Assembly (NCBI GenBank): GCA_051942245.1
Contig: JAVECL010000023.1
Span: 1-64,000, forward strand
Direction of reading: 5' to 3'
Source: Trypethelium eluteriae
Taxonomy: Eukaryota
DNA length: 64,000 nt
Notes under the pieces: generated by a model
What the model saw: only the letters and a program-made list of their open reading frames with translations
Databases searched by the model: none
What the model was told of the DNA's origin: nothing
Shown here: piece by piece, positions 1-11,520 of the stretch
Numbering within the stretch: the first letter of the stretch is position 1
How the letters are laid out: every line of letters begins with the position of its first letter
Translations under genes and position numbers: made by a program

Positions 1-319
1 GGGGTGGGGGTTTGTGGATCCCGTGAAGTTAAGGGAGGAGCTAGCGGAGCAGGAGCAGGAGGCGATGAAGAAGATTGAGGAGAAGAGAAAGGAGGCCGCT
101 GAGGAGAGAAAGCAGAGGGAAGCGGCAAGGTTGCACCTGAGTGGGAAAGTTGCCAATGGGGACGGGTCGACCAATGGTGCAAATAAGGAGAATGAAGGGG
201 ACAAGAAGAAGAAAAGGAAGCGGAAGGAGAAGGAAATGGGAAGTTCAGGCAAGAAGAGGAAACACATGCCACAGGTGGTCGCGGGCGGGGAAGAAGTCGT
301 GATTGAAAGCATCGAGTGA
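1..319 (+). CDS. 3' end of an unidentified gene (charged coiled coil and Lys/Arg-rich NLS-like tail); starts upstream of the window
   Basis: Open frame from the window edge to TGA at 317-319; E/K-rich helix followed by KKKKRKRKEK. Confidence 0.6.
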   Translation, partial: GWGFVDPVKLREELAEQEQEAMKKIEEKRKEAAEERKQREAARLHLSGKVANGDGSTNGANKENEGDKKKKRKRKEKEMGSSGKKRKHMPQVVAGGEEVVIESIE

Positions 320-889
320 GGATTCCTGGTTTCTGGTCTTGCAGTATAGACCGTACCTGCGAGTGCAGAAAATTCTGCACACCAAACTCGGGGGTGACTG
401 TAACCGAGTCGAAGCAGTCACATGGTAAACTCTTCTCCGACTTGCCTCACGGATATAATCGACGTGTATCATCACATATAGGAAAAAGAACATGCCGTAA
501 AACAAGTCAGACTAACGGCTGCATTTGCAGGTTTTTTGATTTTTTGAATTTTCTTTTTTTCAAACTTAAAATGTCATGTGCAATGCAATACGGGCCTTAC
601 CTACGAGTGCAGAGATTTTTGGATAACCGCGTGCGATATCATACTCAATCATCCAAATCGGGCTGTAGAGACATCTCGGTATGCTACAGACACGCCGAAG
701 TGATGCAAGACGGCTGCTAGGTATGCCTGCTGACTGGAAGCCTGTTCGTGGAGTCATCGAAGGAGACCACATTTTTTTTCGCTTTGCAAAAAATGACTTC
801 ATTATGCTTATGCTACCGGGGTATCATGCTCGCTATCCACAATGCAATGCCGTACCTTCGCCCGCCTTCAAAAGACCAGCCATTTGATG

Positions 890-2041
890 TCAGCGTCTTG
901 TATCTCTGGCTCGCTGAAAAAGATTTAAGAGTACGTCTTGCTGACTCCCAGCAGATGGTGCCAATGGCCCTCGCATTGAATCATCGATCTGCTGCCGAAA
1001 CGATTCCTGCACTTGCTGTGTTGAGTTTTGGAGTCCATGATTCTGCGCGCCAGGAAGAAGTTGTGTGCCCGTACCGTGCGCTTGGCTCGGGTGTGTGGGC
1101 TGCAATAGGGGTTGCTGCGATGATATCCGTATGCCAATTTTGGGATGAAGAGGGTTGGCATCCCTTTCAAACTTTAGGTCTGGTTGTGTGGACTGTAGCG
1201 AGGGATCATGGTGTCCACGTATACTCCAGGCATCGTCGTCCTGGCGCTGCTGCCCGAAAAGTTGGCGAAGGCTAAGTTGACGGCCCATCGGGGCGCTTCC
1301 CATACCACCTTGGGCAGGATCTTCGGACTCGTCTGGTTGACCTTTTGCATTCGCTGTCTGAGCTTGTTCCTGTCTGATCTGCTTTAGTGTTTCCTCGGCA
1401 GCTTTCCGAGAAATCTCAGCTTGTTTGGCACACTCCTGGATGATTTGCGCATTTAGGATGCGTGCCTGTGAAGTAGAGGACGGCGGTGGCTCCGCGAATA
1501 TCCATAGACCTATGATATCTGGCTCACCTCCTTGCATCCTACCATTGTCGTGTGCAGGAGCTGATGGCTCACTGCCGACTTGTAGAATAACGTAATCTTC
1601 TGTTACCTCGACATCCTCGGCATTTTTTAGCCCTGCCTCGAAGTTGTCAAGGCCTCGTCTGTTCAATACCACAACACCGAATCTGGCTGCTGAGATAGCG
1701 TTATGATCCGGCGTCAAGGATTGATCAGATTCAAGTTGCTCTGGGAGCAATTGTACGACGAACAAAGTGCCTTCGACCCCGCGTTTCTCCCAGATAGAGC
1801 TTATAGCGGAGAACTTATAAACGACAGCGTACGGGGCAATGCTGAGAATGGCGATGATAGAGGGGTTGTGCCGCTTGAGCACGGCAAGGTTGAGTTCCTC
1901 GTTTGTTCGTGACGGAGGCGGCAGGTCTTGGGGCAGAGCAGTGTCCGTAAGAATGGCCGTGTCTGTTTCATAGTCGGAAACTTGGTTGAGATGGGAGGGA
2001 TGCCGCTGGTGAGACGGTTTACGGGCTTTTCTTGGCGTCAT
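890..2041 (-). CDS. DCP1: mRNA decapping complex subunit Dcp1 (EVH1-like domain)
   Basis: ATG at 2041 (MTPRKARK). Dcp1 motifs EELNLAVLKRHNPSI, YAVVYKF, WEKRGVEGTLFV, VLNRRGLDNF, GLWIF. Intronless. Confidence 0.9.
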   Translation of the reverse strand: MTPRKARKPSHQRHPSHLNQVSDYETDTAILTDTALPQDLPPPSRTNEELNLAVLKRHNPSIIAILSIAPYAVVYKFSAISSIWEKRGVEGTLFVVQLLPEQLESDQSLTPDHNAISAARFGVVVLNRRGLDNFEAGLKNAEDVEVTEDYVILQVGSEPSAPAHDNGRMQGGEPDIIGLWIFAEPPPSSTSQARILNAQIIQECAKQAEISRKAAEETLKQIRQEQAQTANAKGQPDESEDPAQGGMGSAPMGRQLSLRQLFGQQRQDDDAWSIRGHHDPSLQSTQPDLKFERDANPLHPKIGIRISSQQPLLQPTHPSQAHGTGTQLLPGAQNHGLQNSTQQVQESFRQQIDDSMRGPLAPSAGSQQDVLLNLFQRARDTRR

Positions 2042-2407
2042 TGAAGCTCGGGATCTGCCTTGCGGTTCAGCTGATTGTAGGCATAAATCGTAGAAAGGTT
2101 GCGGAGTGTGTGGAGCAGATGAGAGAGCACGGAAAGCATTTATCAATCAACTTGTACGTGTGCTGAAGGTTCGCGTCATTTATTTGGGCGGCCGAAAGCA
2201 CTTGGAGTATCGTACCTAGGGTTAACGCGCGCACATCCGGCTTTGGGAATACATTGATTGATCCAACTTCGCCACCAAGCGTCTTGCCTGACCCGTGAAC
2301 AGTTACTTGAGTCCCAATGCGAGACGAATTTTGCCTGCTTGATTGGTGGTTGCAAGGTAGGAAGCCGGAGTCTCACCCCACAACGACCCTACACTGGCAT
2401 TCCAGTC

Positions 2408-5400
2408 ATGGTCGTTTCGGAAGCGTCCGGGACTTCCACTGAACCTACCGCTCAAGCCATACCTGGTGCATATCCTGACACCTCATGGACGAGAGAATAT
2501 CAAACTCTTTCACAAGCAGTGCATGCACGGCGTGCCGAATACACTACGCAGAGCAAGGTGCGCGTCAAGGTGGGAACATGGAATGTGGCATCCTTGAAAG
2601 GCACAGAGAAAGATATCGGCGGCTGGTTTGTAGGAGGCAAAGGTGTGACTGAATCACTAGCAGGCCTGTCGGTCAGTCGTACCCAGGGGTCTCAGGGAGA
2701 AAGTAGCCCAGGTTCGGAAGAGACACATCCAAGAGAGAGCGTTGTCGAACAAGAGGAAAGGTTATCCAGAAAGGATTCTACCATTCCCAGGAACGATGCT
2801 GGTAGCTTGCCTCACGACGCAGAGGTCGGGATATATGCGCTAGGTTTGCAGGAGGTTATTGATATCAATTCGGCTACAGAGGCCCTGAAGCCATACACGG
2901 ATACTACGGCCGCAAATAAATGGAAGAAGGCCGTGGAGGAAGCTTTACCCCAGGGATATCAGTTAATTGCTGAGCAGCAATTGATCGGTCTCCTACTTCT
3001 AGTCTATGCCTCGCCACAGCTTGCACCAGAAATCCGGAACGTCTGCACGACTAGCGTGGGTACAGGTCTGATGGGATATATGGGGAATAAAGGCGCTGTT
3101 ACTGCAAGAATAGTATTAGGAGAGACCACACGGATAGTTTTTGTCAACTCACACTTATCCGCGGGAGCTGATAAAGCCGCCTTGGACCGGCGAGACTGGG
3201 ATGCGTCCCAAATCGTATCTCGGACTCGATTTGACTCAATCAGTGACCCAATTACTGGGCAGCAAGCTAAGACAGAGGCGATTGGTGATGAAGACTTCGC
3301 TTTTTGGTTCGGCGACTTGAACTACAGGCTGGAGGGCATCCCAGGGGAGGATGTGCGCAGGCTCTTGATGTTGCATACCCGCAACGAGTACGATCTTTCA
3401 GGGAGCTCCGTGTCGAAGATAGAGGATGAGCTTGCTCGAGTAACATCTGTTGGCCACAAAAAGAATTCCTCCGAGAGCGCTTCAGCCAATTCCTCCGAAC
3501 CATCGTCCTCTACATCCACTTATTCGCAAACATCCGAGGATTCCGTAGAGTCTTTTTCGACCTTAGAGGGTTTGACGTCGTCTAAGACTACTTTGGAGCC
3601 TGGTTCAACGTCCGAATTGGACCCGGCATCTTTACAAGCCACTTTGGCTTCGCTTCTTCCACACGACGAGCTTCACCAACGACAAAGGGCCCACAAGGCA
3701 TTTCACGAGGGCTGGAGGGAAGGGGAGATCAAGTTTCTACCGACCTACAAGTACGATGTTGGTAGTGTAGGTGTCTTCGATTCAAGTGAAAAGAAGAGGG
3801 CACCCAGTTGGTGCGATCGAATTTTGTACCGTACAAGGCGAGACAAATTAGGTTATGAGAACAGAAAAGCAGAAGAGGAAGCAGCTCAAAAACGTGATGA
3901 GCAATTGAAGGCAGAAGGCATCATTACGGCTGCTGCAGATGAAGATACCTTGTTCGAGTACAATCCTGACACTGATGGAGATTACGATGAGGACGATGGT
4001 GATGAAGATGACGCACTCAAAGCCGATGTCGTTTTAACAAGAGCTGGATTCCAGGACGAGATGACTCTTGATTATTATACAGCCCATCAACGAGTACTGT
4101 CTTCAGATCACAAACCATTGGATGCAATTTTCACTCTCAAGTACGATGCAGTTGTTCCAGAGCTGAAATCGAAAGTATATTCAGAAGTCGCTAAAGAACT
4201 TGATAAAGCAGAGAATGAAGGTCGTCCAACAATCAGCGTGGTCATTGACCGCAAGACTTCCGGTGAAGATGGTCTCATACAAGAGAGTTCTACCTCTGAC
4301 GCGGAAAATGTCGATTTCGGTGATATTCGCTATGGCCAAGCCAAGTGTCGCACCGTGACAATTGCAAATACCGGCAGAGTTCCAGCATCAATCGGATTCA
4401 TTGATCGACCGATCGGTGTTGGTCAAAAGGAGGGCACGGCACCCGAATGGCTTTTGATTCGTTATGATGATGAGCATGATCAGAAATTCTCCACTCCCTC
4501 CAAGGAATGTCGCGATCTGGAGCCGGGCGATGCGTGCACCATCGAGCTCTTGGTTCATATATGCTCCTTTGATGTAGTTCGTCGCTTGAATGAAGGCTTG
4601 GAGTCCATCGATGATATACTCGTCCTCCGAGTTCGAGACGGTCGAGACCACTTCATCACCGTTCGGGGCCAGTGGCTTCCTTCCAGTTTTGGGCGCTCCG
4701 TTGACAAACTCATTCGCATTCCAGAAGGCGGCATCAGGAAACTACAACATCAACGACCTAAAGGCAGCTCACGCAAGGAACATACGGCACCCATTAATGA
4801 AGAAAACCCATCTCTCTCTTCCCCGGTAATGTGGTCTGCTCCGAGAGAGTTGTTCCGGCTGACGGAGGCGATAGAAGACCTCGCCGAGCGTGCAGTCGCC
4901 GACTGGAGCATGAAGGGGGCAGATAGGGATGAAGACGCTTCCCCATGGCAGAATCATGTCGGCTGGCCATTCGCTAGAGATAGCTGGACTTTGGAAGATG
5001 GATCCACACGAGATGATCTCAAGTTCAACATACGAGAAGCACTCGACAATGATCAGCCTTTTGATCAATATATATCCGCAGAGACCACTGTTTTGCAACG
5101 TCTTGAGACATTGGCAGAGACCCTGTTGGAGTTCCTGGGAGGCCTCGAGGATGGCATTGTCTCGGAAGATTCATGGTTTCACCTCGAGTCTGGCATACTT
5201 GTCCAGGCTAAGGCCAAACAGCCACTTTCTCAAGAAGATGAGAAAGGCTGGGTTCTGGAAACGCTTTCTGACTCGCCCAGCCGTAGCGTTTCTTTCGTCC
5301 TCCTAATGTCAACTCTTGCGCGCATTGCATCTGAAGTTTCATCTTCCGAACCAGCTGGTACACTGCCATCTCCCTTGAAAGACGCAGGGCTGTTGTTGCC

Positions 5401-5602
5401 TTCTTCCCCAACAAAATCGACCACAGGCGAGCAGGAGTCGCCTTCTGCACACCGAAGCAAGGTCAATCGGGCATTTGCAGAGATTTTCTCACGACTGATT
5501 ATAAATGCACCACTGCCGTCAAAATCGAAGGAAAGAAAAACCCAGGAAGAACGCCTGGCTAGGATATTCGAATTATTCCTGGACGACGGCAATCAAACGT
5601 AG
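2408..5602 (+). CDS. Inositol polyphosphate 5-phosphatase, OCRL/INPP5B-like (catalytic domain, then ASH and RhoGAP-like regions)
   Basis: Motifs VGTWNV, LGLQE, GNKGAV, FVNSHL, FWFGDLNYR, PTYKY, PSWCDRIL, SDHKP; ASH-like TIANTGRVPA and DILVLRVRDGRDHFI. First ATG of the long ORF is at 2408. Confidence 0.9.
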   Translation: MVVSEASGTSTEPTAQAIPGAYPDTSWTREYQTLSQAVHARRAEYTTQSKVRVKVGTWNVASLKGTEKDIGGWFVGGKGVTESLAGLSVSRTQGSQGESSPGSEETHPRESVVEQEERLSRKDSTIPRNDAGSLPHDAEVGIYALGLQEVIDINSATEALKPYTDTTAANKWKKAVEEALPQGYQLIAEQQLIGLLLLVYASPQLAPEIRNVCTTSVGTGLMGYMGNKGAVTARIVLGETTRIVFVNSHLSAGADKAALDRRDWDASQIVSRTRFDSISDPITGQQAKTEAIGDEDFAFWFGDLNYRLEGIPGEDVRRLLMLHTRNEYDLSGSSVSKIEDELARVTSVGHKKNSSESASANSSEPSSSTSTYSQTSEDSVESFSTLEGLTSSKTTLEPGSTSELDPASLQATLASLLPHDELHQRQRAHKAFHEGWREGEIKFLPTYKYDVGSVGVFDSSEKKRAPSWCDRILYRTRRDKLGYENRKAEEEAAQKRDEQLKAEGIITAAADEDTLFEYNPDTDGDYDEDDGDEDDALKADVVLTRAGFQDEMTLDYYTAHQRVLSSDHKPLDAIFTLKYDAVVPELKSKVYSEVAKELDKAENEGRPTISVVIDRKTSGEDGLIQESSTSDAENVDFGDIRYGQAKCRTVTIANTGRVPASIGFIDRPIGVGQKEGTAPEWLLIRYDDEHDQKFSTPSKECRDLEPGDACTIELLVHICSFDVVRRLNEGLESIDDILVLRVRDGRDHFITVRGQWLPSSFGRSVDKLIRIPEGGIRKLQHQRPKGSSRKEHTAPINEENPSLSSPVMWSAPRELFRLTEAIEDLAERAVADWSMKGADRDEDASPWQNHVGWPFARDSWTLEDGSTRDDLKFNIREALDNDQPFDQYISAETTVLQRLETLAETLLEFLGGLEDGIVSEDSWFHLESGILVQAKAKQPLSQEDEKGWVLETLSDSPSRSVSFVLLMSTLARIASEVSSSEPAGTLPSPLKDAGLLLPSSPTKSTTGEQESPSAHRSKVNRAFAEIFSRLIINAPLPSKSKERKTQEERLARIFELFLDDGNQT

Positions 5603-5774
5603 GATATTTGCGTAAGAATGAATTGCCATGCAAATGCCATATTTATGCGCAAGCTTGCCTAAGCACCTGTTCCCAACATTTCAGAAATAGGTTTCCCCCT
5701 GTTTCCTACGGTCTACTCTTCAGGGTCGACTAGTACAGACACTGGAATTGAGTGAGAAAAGCAGTGAGAACAGA

Positions 5775-7028
5775 TTATGCTGCGGACTCCATTCTCAATA
5801 TTCTCAGCTCTTCCAATATATGTTCTTTAGCCCAGTGTTCGTGCAATCCGTGCTTTACTAGGTCCTGTTCACTGGACGGTGCCATCCCACCTGGGCCAGG
5901 TACTCTTCTGTCAAGATTTGTTGGAAAAGGGTATCCCTCTGCCAAAGCCTTGACAAGACATTCAATTCCCTCGCCTTGGCCCTCGGATTCGAACTTCTTT
6001 ATCAACTCTTCCCAGCACGCCGAAATCATATTGAAGGTATCAAGGTTTTCCATTGTTTTTCCAAAGGCAGAGCTGATTTGCAAAAGATTTGCCTTGCGAT
6101 CGAAGTCTGCCATCTTGTTTTCGCCGGCAGCATGGAATAAAGCAGGGTTAAAGAACACGGCATCTCCGATCTCTAGATCTAGCGCAACCCATCTCTGCTC
6201 GAACCAATTCTGAAACTCGGGAAGGCGGTATGCTAAGAAGCCTTCTTCAAACATTTGGCTGAATGGAAGGAAACGTGTCGGCCCAGATGCGGCGGGCATA
6301 TTACTATGTGCCACCGCTCCCTGAAGGGTTAAGAACTGGGATGCCACTTGTATGGCTTTTGGAAACCGATTCGTCACTTCTGCAGATTGAAATCCGAGAT
6401 GGTAGTCTCGGTGGCTGGTCTGCGCTTTTCCTCCCGGATGCACGATGTTTGCTTGCGCTGTTACTCTGAACGCTGGTCCCAACCATGCTTCGCAGATGGC
6501 AGCGAGCCAAGGATTTGAGTAGTACTGCACGAAAGATTCCGGGTCAGCAATGCAGTGCTTCTGCAGCGAATTCCAAATTCGCGTATTGGTTCCCGCGGTG
6601 CCGAAATGGTCCCCTTTATCCTCCGAAGTAGCGCGTTCGCGGGCAACGATTTGCTCGAATGCGTCGTTTGTGGAGGAAATAACGCTACAATCAGTGAACA
6701 TGCCTTTTAGAACAAGCACGCCCGGGCCGGAGAGAAGAATGTGGTGCCATTCATCTTGAAGGTTCGAGAGGAGCTTGGGATTGGAAAGCACGTGGTGGAC
6801 ACTGCTAAGGTCGGGGAGGTAATAGACTGGTACGTTGTGGATTATGGATGACACGAGGGGATATGTTGCTTGGGATGTCGTCTGAGAACAGAGCTTCTTC
6901 AAAGAGTCTAAGCAGGGTGTAGATGTGAAAATACGAGATGGCAATCCTGCTGCTGGATGTGGAGTAAGGTCGAAGTCGTGCACTCTGTTCGAGCTGCGAA
7001 GTTGTACAGGCTCCGGACTGAGGCCCAT
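5775..7028 (-). CDS. Phytanoyl-CoA dioxygenase (PhyH)-family Fe(II)/2-oxoglutarate dioxygenase
   Basis: HxD motif in QTSHRDYHLGF, distal His in GDAVFFNPALFHAAGEN, later Arg (DRKANL). Intronless; ATG at 7028. Confidence 0.85.
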   Translation of the reverse strand: MGLSPEPVQLRSSNRVHDFDLTPHPAAGLPSRIFTSTPCLDSLKKLCSQTTSQATYPLVSSIIHNVPVYYLPDLSSVHHVLSNPKLLSNLQDEWHHILLSGPGVLVLKGMFTDCSVISSTNDAFEQIVARERATSEDKGDHFGTAGTNTRIWNSLQKHCIADPESFVQYYSNPWLAAICEAWLGPAFRVTAQANIVHPGGKAQTSHRDYHLGFQSAEVTNRFPKAIQVASQFLTLQGAVAHSNMPAASGPTRFLPFSQMFEEGFLAYRLPEFQNWFEQRWVALDLEIGDAVFFNPALFHAAGENKMADFDRKANLLQISSAFGKTMENLDTFNMISACWEELIKKFESEGQGEGIECLVKALAEGYPFPTNLDRRVPGPGGMAPSSEQDLVKHGLHEHWAKEHILEELRILRMESAA

Positions 7029-7713
7029 TGTTTGCAAGGTGTTCCGAAATGGTAGAAGAGAATCGGCTGGAGAGTCTCCCTGTAGATGCCTTTTATAGAG
7101 CTTGAGTCAGTTCTTCCGAATTCGGCATTCCTCCCGCTTAGCAACCACTTAATACTCTGCTGTACGGAGTATCTGCATCCGTAAGAGAAACGCGTCACTA
7201 CGTTTTAGTCTACAAGGCATAGACGTTCTCATACGCGCTAGAGTATTGAACCAATTAGCCAAGCGCTCGTAAATCAAGGTCTCCCAGAATGGCAGGATGT
7301 TATATGGGGGATCAAATTTCTCAGAGGACAGCACGACCCCGTTACATTGCCTACCTACTTATCTCAAGATGCAGTAATAAGGATTGAGGAATAACGCAGG
7401 CCTCCAACGCGATACGATGTAATTGAATATGCTAAATAGTCACGTTGCAAGATATTTGGCACTGCAGATCGATGTCATGTACGGAGTAACTAAGAGTTGG
7501 GGGGGGGACAGTCAGGGGAGAAATGACGTCGTGTCCGTTGCTAAGCTAAGTGGTAGGAGCTAAACCGTAACGGGTAGTGTGTTTGATGCCTGTTTGTCCA
7601 ACTTACTTTGGCACTCCTTTCACGGGCCTCTGTTTCTCACAGCTTATGCTCCGTACAATTGCAGCAATATCACAGGAGAAAATCGCAAGTCAGGTTCTTG
7701 AGAATCAAGCACG

Positions 7714-8218
7714 ATGTCGGAAAACGTTCCTTCGACCCGCGACAGCAACGCTCAGAGACAAACCTCGAGTCCGGAGAAGAAAGTACAGAGCTTGCATCGG
7801 CAAACACTAGACGGGCAATTGAATTCCGAAAACAAGAAAGGGTACATTTAGCCCCCTGAGACGGCTTCAACAATCATTATATTACCAGTGCGCTGATGGA
7901 CGAACGTTCAGGCCCCAAAATACCTATGTTTCGCCATCAGATCATATTCTGAGTCCCGCTAGCCAGAAATTGAGCACGTTTAAGAACAAGAGACTAGGTC
8001 AGAAGTATGTGTTTCATTTTTCATAGGCTGTCTTTCGGCTTGAATACGTAACCTTTGACCAGTCTTCCCCTTGTGCCTGAGACCTTGGACTTCTATGCTA
8101 ATACAGCGCGCGCGCTAGAGCGAAACCGCTATCTTTCCTTTCAAAGCCAGACGGAGATGGGGACCAAGCGGAAAAAATCCAAGATACGGAAGAAAAAACA
8201 GACCGGTCTGACCTGTGA
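7714..8218 (+). CDS. SPO12: Spo12-family protein, 106 aa, 3 exons (7714-7841, 7912-8004, 8119-8218); not in the ORF track
   Basis: Manual splicing gives MSENVPSTRDSNAQ...KVQSLHRQTL...QNTYVSPSDHILSPASQKLSTFKNKRLGQKAKPLSF..., matching the Spo12 SP-x-D-x-x-x-SP-x-S/T-x-KL motif. Both introns are GT-AG with CTGAT/CTAAT branch sites. Confidence 0.85.
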
Positions 8219-10025
8219 GATTCTTGGTACGAAGCAGTGTTCATGGGAGCTTGACTAGGAGCAAAAGGACATGAAGGGAAGGCGAATCTCCCGGTCACTA
8301 GCACGAGACGGTGGCATTTTGCTGCCGAGAATCTCTGGTGGTTTGATCTCATTAATGCATTTTCCAAGTCAAGAAGTACAAACCTCTCAGCAGGTTGAGA
8401 TATCCGATGTGGATATAGATTATTTTCGGAGCCTTGATTGTATTCCGTCTCGAGCTTTTTAGTCAAGGAAGAGTCGCCTGCACTGGCAAATTCCGAACCA
8501 AAATCTAATTCTGAGGCTTTGTTTTCCACCCTGATCGCGCGGTCTCTCATCGCTCTATTCCGCTCGTGGACGGCGAAGGCTGTCATAATTCGGCAACTTG
8601 AACCATGTGTGCAATACATCATTCTTGTCAGATTCTGCAACGACTAGGTTTAGATGCCAATATGCACGGAGTGCACGCCGACTTGTACTGATCTGAAAGT
8701 CCTTCGCCGGCATGCCTCAGAGGAGAAGTCCATATGAGCAGGCAAGGCAAAACCTAGAAGTTCATGCAGCCCAAAAAAAACTCCTGGAGGAGTGAGAGCA
8801 GGCGAGGACTCTTTGCATCAACTTCCCGCGTCCGATATCTACGACGCACATAAGCGCGCTCCCATACAGAAGATGACAAATGCTACCAGGCGCGGAAAAG
8901 CTTTTAAAGCTCGAGGAGCATGCTTCAGAGGTGATTTGCTAAATGCATGGATCGATCTGCCCTTCCAAGATCAAAGTACACCACTGAAGAATGGTGCAGA
9001 CATTGGAAGAATAATTAGGATGGGGCGATCTGTAGATCTCGAATTGGGTTTTATGTTTGGTCAAAGGAAAAGGCACATGGCCGAGATTCATACGACACAG
9101 AGCTTGGAAAGGCGACTGACAAACACATTCTCTATTCCTATAATGACTTCCTTTGACTCTCCTTTGGGAGTTCCAGGCAATCGATGTTCTGCCTACAACC
9201 AGGGCGAAGCTGATGAAAGGCACATGTTATACATATACCTCCGTGGTGCTTACCGAGGCTGCTTTGCCCCGTGGGGAAAATGCCTGTTGATCAGGCATCC
9301 CCGCTGCTCCAGAACAATTTCATGCACCCATTCTTCTGTACCTAGGTATCTTTGGTAAAGTCGACAATATCAGTCTCTAGGACTGCGGGGAAAAGCTTAT
9401 GCCCTTGTTGCCGACAACATAAATTTGACCACTGAGCGACCATAGCTTCCACCAATGCCTGCTTCTAGCCTCGTAAAACCCTAGACGGCTTCCCCGGATT
9501 TTGGCTCCGACGACAAGATAGAGTTGGCTTATGCCCTCCACTTCATATATATTTTCCATGACCAACGGGCAGACAATTGCTCAGTGACATAACTTAGGGT
9601 TGCCGCGCGCTGCCGGTTGCAGGAACTGCACATGATTCCGAAGTGCTATCGCCTCGGTGTCGTTCTTCGCTACAATCCTTTGAAGCTTCCACCCTGCACT
9701 TTCTAGGCTATGAGATCTCTTGGACAGTCAGGCCTGGCAACTTATCCCCTGAAAGCATGTGAATTACGAGATCTAAGTACGAAGACGTGCGACTCAGTAC
9801 GTCATGGTAATTACTTTAGTCCCAGTAGACGTTCTAGTCTTCCTTCAAAGCTGTTTTCTCTGACCGGGGGCAGTCATATGGGTAGAGGTTGGGAATACAT
9901 AAATGCTCTGACTTCGCCGCTTCAATCGTATAGTTCTGCAGAGACGCAACAGTATCTACGTCGACTCGCAATCACACATTGTCACGGTCTGGCTCTTGAT
10001 CCTGTCCATCCCAATTCCTCCAGCC

Positions 10026-10550
10026 ATGAAGCTCAACCTTTCGCTCCTAGCGCTTCTTGGCGTCGTCACTGCCGCTCCGACTGTCGTTAAACGTGACGTT
10101 ACGACTATCACAAATGCCCTCGCCTCTGTCAATTCTGCCACCGTCACTCTCGACGGCGCGGTCAAAAGCTTCGATGGTACAGCTTTGTCAGCCTTAGGCG
10201 TTGCCGGTGACTCGACCGCTGTGCTCAGTGCCATCAACACTGCTATCACCGAAGTAGAAGGCACCTCAGACGTTGGCATTCTTGGTGCGCTGCCTATTGC
10301 AGGCTCCACGACTCAACTCATCGGAACTTTGGACGAGACAATCAACGACCTCATCAAACAGAAGCCGCTTTTCGACTCAAGCGGCACGTCGGCCATCGTC
10401 CTAAGTCAACTGCAGCAACAGAGTAACGCAAGCAGCGTGCTTGGTTCGGATATCAAGTCTAAGCTTCCCATCCTGGCCGATCTTCTTGCCGATTCACTTA
10501 ACGCCCAAATCTCAGCTGCCTTCAAGCGCGGAATAGCGGCATATTCTTGA
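10026..10550 (+). CDS. Secreted hydrophobic surface binding protein A (HsbA)/cell wall mannoprotein 1-like
   Basis: Signal peptide MKLNLSLLALLGVVTA, Kex2-type KR site, helical body with LIKQKPLF and typical end ISAAFKRGIAAYS. Confidence 0.85.
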   Translation: MKLNLSLLALLGVVTAAPTVVKRDVTTITNALASVNSATVTLDGAVKSFDGTALSALGVAGDSTAVLSAINTAITEVEGTSDVGILGALPIAGSTTQLIGTLDETINDLIKQKPLFDSSGTSAIVLSQLQQQSNASSVLGSDIKSKLPILADLLADSLNAQISAAFKRGIAAYS

Positions 10551-11520
10551 TCAAACTCTGCTCTGTTCTGATTCAAGAGTGCCATTGAAGAGGAGAGATA
10601 ATTCTTTTACTTGATCAAACGAAATCGACACCTACTCACCTCAGTGATTATTGCAAGTATCAACGAAACGCTATATGGTCTCTGAATTTCGCTAGGGGAT
10701 GCAGCAGTATCTTTGGACCGGGACCAAAATATAAATGAATTGTAATAGCTCAGAAAATCTAACAATAATGTCAACTATCTTGACCAGCGTCTTCTCACAC
10801 GTGTGAAGTGCAGGATAGGAGTTGCAAAACGGGTATTAACAACAACTACCCTCTCCGGAATTGTTATGTAGCAACCACCATTGCATAAAACCTCAGCCCC
10901 CGAACCACCTACCTAAAGGAATATATCTAGAAGAGCTTTAGGACTCGTACTTGTTTGGGACAGATGCCTATACTCGTGCCCTTCCCTACATCTTGAGAGG
11001 TAAGCTTTCATTCAGAATGGCAGCATCACCCCATTCATCTGCATGCAATTCAGGGCAATCGAAAAGCGTTGCTGCGTGGATAAAAGGTGTCTCACTAATG
11101 TCTGTCGGCAATGTCGTTCGCGTGATATCAGCATATTTCGGTAAGCGACGACATTATCATAGAAGTATTTGAATGGCGCAAAATCTCTGTTAAGGCTTCT
11201 GTCATTTGCCTATATCACCTATCTGGCATATCGTACGATTAGCTGGTTGATTGTCAGTAAGGTAGTCTATAACTCACGAAGCAGGCGGAGGGTGGTCACG
11301 AGATATCCATCAACGACAGAATGCATCTATTTGGTGGTACATGTCAAGGCTCCGCAAAATTGTTCCGTGCCATTTGATGGCGATGGACTCCTATATCTCT
11401 GATCAGCGATCAGCACATTTGTTCCTGTCGATGGACTGGCATACCTACTCCACTATTCGCCACACTTCGATCCTTGCAGTCTCACACGTAAGATAAAGTC
11501 GACTTTTTCACTTCCCGCAA

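Noticed and set aside
2258..2407. N-terminal extensions from TTG/GTG starts in the ORF track (OCRL-like, DCP1, PhyH, HsbA, GPI7)
   Set aside because: Eukaryotic context; an in-frame ATG follows shortly in each case.
8260..9600. ORFs 8098-8640 (-), 8438-8647 (+) and 8792-9358 (+)
   Set aside because: No recognisable motifs or coherent splice model; 8098-8640 overlaps SPO12 antisense. A decayed gene cannot be excluded.
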